Part shown: positions 61,198 to 64,000 of the stretch, piece by piece | Position numbering within the stretch: the stretch's first letter is position 1 | Layout: each line of letters starts with the position of its first letter | Assembly (NCBI GenBank): GCA_013204585.1 | Contig: JABMNL010000028.1 | Span: 29,669-93,668, forward strand | Direction of reading: 5' to 3' | Length of the DNA: 64,000 nucleotides | From: SAR202 cluster bacterium | Lineage (GTDB): Bacteria; Chloroflexota; Dehalococcoidia; Lucifugimonadales; UBA3495 | Position numbers and translations under genes: made by a program | Notes under the pieces: model-generated | Told to the model about the DNA's origin: nothing | What the model saw: the letters and a program-made list of their open reading frames with translations, nothing else | Database searches by the model: none

Positions 61198-61926
61198 CTA
61201 CGAATTAGAAATGGAAAACTCTATGGGTAGGTCTTCCAAGTCTAGCGTCGTCGGCCCACCTTCAAGGACACCCTTTTGGATTAACAACATCGTCATACAG
61301 ACTTCGTTGTGCGGCGGTTCAACTTCCTTAGCGACCTGGTGGAAGTACCCGGTACCGCGCAGCGCCTTGGGCTTGGGCTCCAACTGTAGGATAAAGTTGG
61401 CCACCTCGTCTGCGTCGTTCACCACGTACGGGACCGTGGCTTCAACGTTTTGGCCATTGAATTGGATATCGTAGACCGATTCCAGCTGGTTCCCGATGCC
61501 TTTCAACAGCCTAATATCGACGAGAACGAAACGGTTGGACACGCGGTACATCTCTTTCAGCATCTCTTGATAATTGGGTTCGTTATTGAAAACGCTAGTG
61601 CAGTGAACAACGTCAAAGGTGTTGTCATCGAAGGGCAACCCGAAACCTTCTGTGACCATGAACTTAGCTTCGGGGTAGCGTTCCTCAGCTAATGCCACGG
61701 CCCTTTCCGACAGATCGACTCCGGTGTATTCGATATGCGGCTCATAAGAGCGCATGATGTTGAAGAATCCGCCCGAAGCGCAGCCCACGTCCAGAACCAT
61801 GGCGCCAGGGAACAAGACTCGTGGCAGGAATATCTTTTCCGACGCATAGAGGTCCGAAATCTCATGGCGATTTTGAGAGTAAAAGTCTATCGCGCTCTGA
61901 TTGGACCATTCTTGGGCTGTACTCAA
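61198..61926 (-). CDS. Class I SAM-dependent methyltransferase
   Basis: Motif I VLDVGCASGGF. 242 aa. Same strand and operon-like spacing with its neighbours. Confidence 0.7.
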   Translation of the reverse strand: MSTAQEWSNQSAIDFYSQNRHEISDLYASEKIFLPRVLFPGAMVLDVGCASGGFFNIMRSYEPHIEYTGVDLSERAVALAEERYPEAKFMVTEGFGLPFDDNTFDVVHCTSVFNNEPNYQEMLKEMYRVSNRFVLVDIRLLKGIGNQLESVYDIQFNGQNVEATVPYVVNDADEVANFILQLEPKPKALRGTGYFHQVAKEVEPPHNEVCMTMLLIQKGVLEGGPTTLDLEDLPIEFSISNS

Positions 61927-61993
61927 TCGAAGTCTCCTACTGAATGATGGCCTGAATGATAACGGCCCGGTCAGGCCACGTTAGCTTACCCAG

Positions 61994-62740
61994 CTAACTG
62001 ACTGCGGCAATGTCGAACATCCTATCTGCTTCCAAAAGGTCGCCCAAGGTATCAATCTCCGCCCATTTCCTGTTTCCGGTATCCATTAGCGCCATACGCA
62101 TATCGTTGGAGCTGATAAGACTGGCGAACACCGCCTCGTAGTACAGGTCGGTCCGGTCCGCTGCCAAGAATTCTGACATCTTTGGAACAATGGTTTCCAC
62201 CAACGTGTCTTTAGCAAAGCGATAAATATTCACAGTTTTGAAGGCGGAACCATAATCAAAATCCGGGCCTTGGTCCGACTTTAAGACCATCTGTTTCGCA
62301 ACGCCCCAACCCGCCATGATGACCGTACCGTCCATTGTTGGCTGAAATTGGTCGACTACTGCCACATTTGGTTCGTCCATTAGCAGCAGGTCACAGAGCA
62401 ACAGGTCGTCAAACACCAAGTCTGACTCTAGGAGCACGATGTCGTCGTCAAATTCCGCCCTGGCCAGCCATAGGGAATAGAGGTTATTGGTCGTTTCGTA
62501 GGCTGTGTTCTCCACATAGGAGAGTTTTACCCCTCGGTAGTCCAATCCAAAATAGCTTCGAATTGCATCGGCCATACACCCAACGACAATGGTGCACTCT
62601 GCGATTCCGGCCCTTCGCAGGGAATCCAGTTGATATTGCATCATGGGCCTACCTGCCACTTCGACCAGGCTTTTTGGACGCATGCGAGTCATTGGATGGA
62701 GTCTCGTGCCCATACCTGCAGCTAAAATTAGTCCTTTCAT
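61994..62740 (-). CDS. LicC-like nucleotidyltransferase (phospho-alcohol / phosphonate cytidylyltransferase family)
   Basis: MKGLILAAGMGTRLHPMTRMRPKSLVEV plus TNNLYSLWLA, a pattern I associate with the LicC/PntC-type NTP transferases. Confidence 0.65.
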   Translation of the reverse strand: MKGLILAAGMGTRLHPMTRMRPKSLVEVAGRPMMQYQLDSLRRAGIAECTIVVGCMADAIRSYFGLDYRGVKLSYVENTAYETTNNLYSLWLARAEFDDDIVLLESDLVFDDLLLCDLLLMDEPNVAVVDQFQPTMDGTVIMAGWGVAKQMVLKSDQGPDFDYGSAFKTVNIYRFAKDTLVETIVPKMSEFLAADRTDLYYEAVFASLISSNDMRMALMDTGNRKWAEIDTLGDLLEADRMFDIAAVS

Positions 62741-62743
62741 CGG

Positions 62744-63853
62744 TTACCTCACTTCCGCGGCATCAAACTTGCCGGGCTCAGTAAATTTCTCCAGACGCAT
62801 AAACGCCTCGACGAGACGGGTATTATCTTCCTCGGTGCGGCAGGCAATTCGTATGTAGTTGCCCTCCAAACCTTCTTTTGCCCCACAATTGTTGACCAAG
62901 ACACGGCAGTCCTCGAACAGGTGTGCCGTAAGCTCTTCTCCGGTGATGCCATTCAAGATTCGACAGAGGATGAAATTACCCTGGGTTGGGAATGGCTCAA
63001 GAAATGGAACTTGCTGGAGCCCGCGGGCTAATTTTTGCGTTGCCTCTCTAACCTGGCGGCAAGATTCGGTGTATTCCGTGCGGTATTCGCCCATCTCCTC
63101 AAGGAAATACTGGGCGAATGAATTGATGCTCCAAATGGGCAAATCCTTACGCAGGTCCGCCAACCGCTCTGCATTACCAGTGGCCGCGTAGCCAAGCCGG
63201 ATCCCCGGTATGCCACAGTTTTTGGAAAGACTCTTCAGCACCAATAGATTGGGATACTCGTTGATTAGGTCTAACGCCGATGGATTTGGCTCAGCATCAA
63301 CAAAGTCCAAGAAGGACTCATCCACCAATACCAAGTTGAGTGTCTTCATGCGGTCTAAGAAATAAACCAGGTCGCTCTTTGACAGATAACTACCCGTTGG
63401 GTTGTTAGGACGGATGAGGAGTGCAGAGTCTGAACCAGTGTTTCTAACGTGTTCAATGAACGCGTCAATATCCAGGTCAAAACCCTGTGACGGCGTGAAT
63501 GGACAAACCTCTCTACCCAAGATCTTGGCTCGATTCACGAACTCCTCAAACGTAGGCATTGGCACTGCCAACCGATGCACATATCGTGAAACTACGGCGT
63601 TAATAAGTTCACTTGCGCCGTTACCAATCACCAACTCGTTCTGCGTGAGGCCTATCTGCTCGGCCAACAATGATGAAAGATACCAATTGGTAGAAGGGTA
63701 ATTGCCGATCAATTCAGGCAATCTGGCCTGCATGTCTTCAATCATTCGTTGCTGAGGAAAGTACCGGTTGGTCATATAACAAAAATCTAGAACGTTTTTA
63801 TTCCAATAGCCGCCATATAGGGAAGAAAGGCGGCTAAGTTCATTGGTTTGCAT
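62744..63853 (-). CDS. PLP-dependent class I/II aminotransferase-fold enzyme (HisC/CobD-like; aminotransferase or phospho-amino-acid decarboxylase)
   Basis: Start at ATG 63853 (GGAG RBS). Motifs NPNNPTGSY-type (RPNNPTGSYL) and PLP-lysine LKSLSKNCGIPGIRLGY. Confidence 0.7.
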   Translation of the reverse strand: MQTNELSRLSSLYGGYWNKNVLDFCYMTNRYFPQQRMIEDMQARLPELIGNYPSTNWYLSSLLAEQIGLTQNELVIGNGASELINAVVSRYVHRLAVPMPTFEEFVNRAKILGREVCPFTPSQGFDLDIDAFIEHVRNTGSDSALLIRPNNPTGSYLSKSDLVYFLDRMKTLNLVLVDESFLDFVDAEPNPSALDLINEYPNLLVLKSLSKNCGIPGIRLGYAATGNAERLADLRKDLPIWSINSFAQYFLEEMGEYRTEYTESCRQVREATQKLARGLQQVPFLEPFPTQGNFILCRILNGITGEELTAHLFEDCRVLVNNCGAKEGLEGNYIRIACRTEEDNTRLVEAFMRLEKFTEPGKFDAAEVR

Positions 63854-64000
63854 GGTCCACTCCAATTGGATACAAAGGTTGCGCAAACACGAGAATTGCG
63901 CGAATACGAAAGGTGCGCAGATAGAAAAGGTCCCGGGAAAGCTAATCGAGGGCTGCGACGCAAATGCAACGCAATAAGGTTTTATAGCGGGATACGACTT

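Overview
This is a 64-kb chromosomal segment, moderately GC-rich, with strong GGAGG-type ribosome-binding sites and tightly packed, often translationally coupled genes. I found no rRNA, CRISPR array, transposase or integrase. The gene content suggests a marine Chloroflexota genome (SAR202/Dehalococcoidia-like), but that is an inference. The supporting content is four LLM-class flavin/F420 oxidoreductase paralogs, a CaiB-type CoA-transferase, several amidohydrolases, a monoderm-style type IV pilus locus and a Cheo-type LexA box. Housekeeping blocks are two tRNAs (Pro-GGG, Gln-CTG), coaBC-coaX, infC-rpmI-rplT, moeA, pheST and proS.

The main candidate for something new is the 11.6-28.4 kb type IV pilus-like locus. 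It runs pilB, pilC, PilN/O/M-like genes, pilD, then an embedded histidine kinase and NarL-type regulator, then four prepilin genes. It ends in a 1485-aa protein with a PilX-like N-terminal anchor, three His/Asp-rich tracts, a 21-bp-repeat-encoded Pro/Thr linker and a six-bladed Kelch-like propeller. This looks like an undescribed pilus-tip adhesin or metal-binding module.

Other notable items:
- A GrdB/PrdB-family gene with an in-frame TGA (UxxC) and a SECIS-like hairpin.
- infC, which can only start at ATA.
- A perfect GAAC-N4-GTTC LexA box in front of a Zn-ribbon plus divergent RuvC-like operon.
- A Kennedy-like lipid head-group operon at the right end.
- A B12-domain radical-SAM-like protein lacking the CxxxCxxC motif.
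- A tandem pair of small Cys/His proteins next to tRNA-Gln.
- An AT-rich orphan gene.
- A dispersed family of hairpin-containing intergenic repeats.

All functional calls come from reading the translations by eye. No database search was run.
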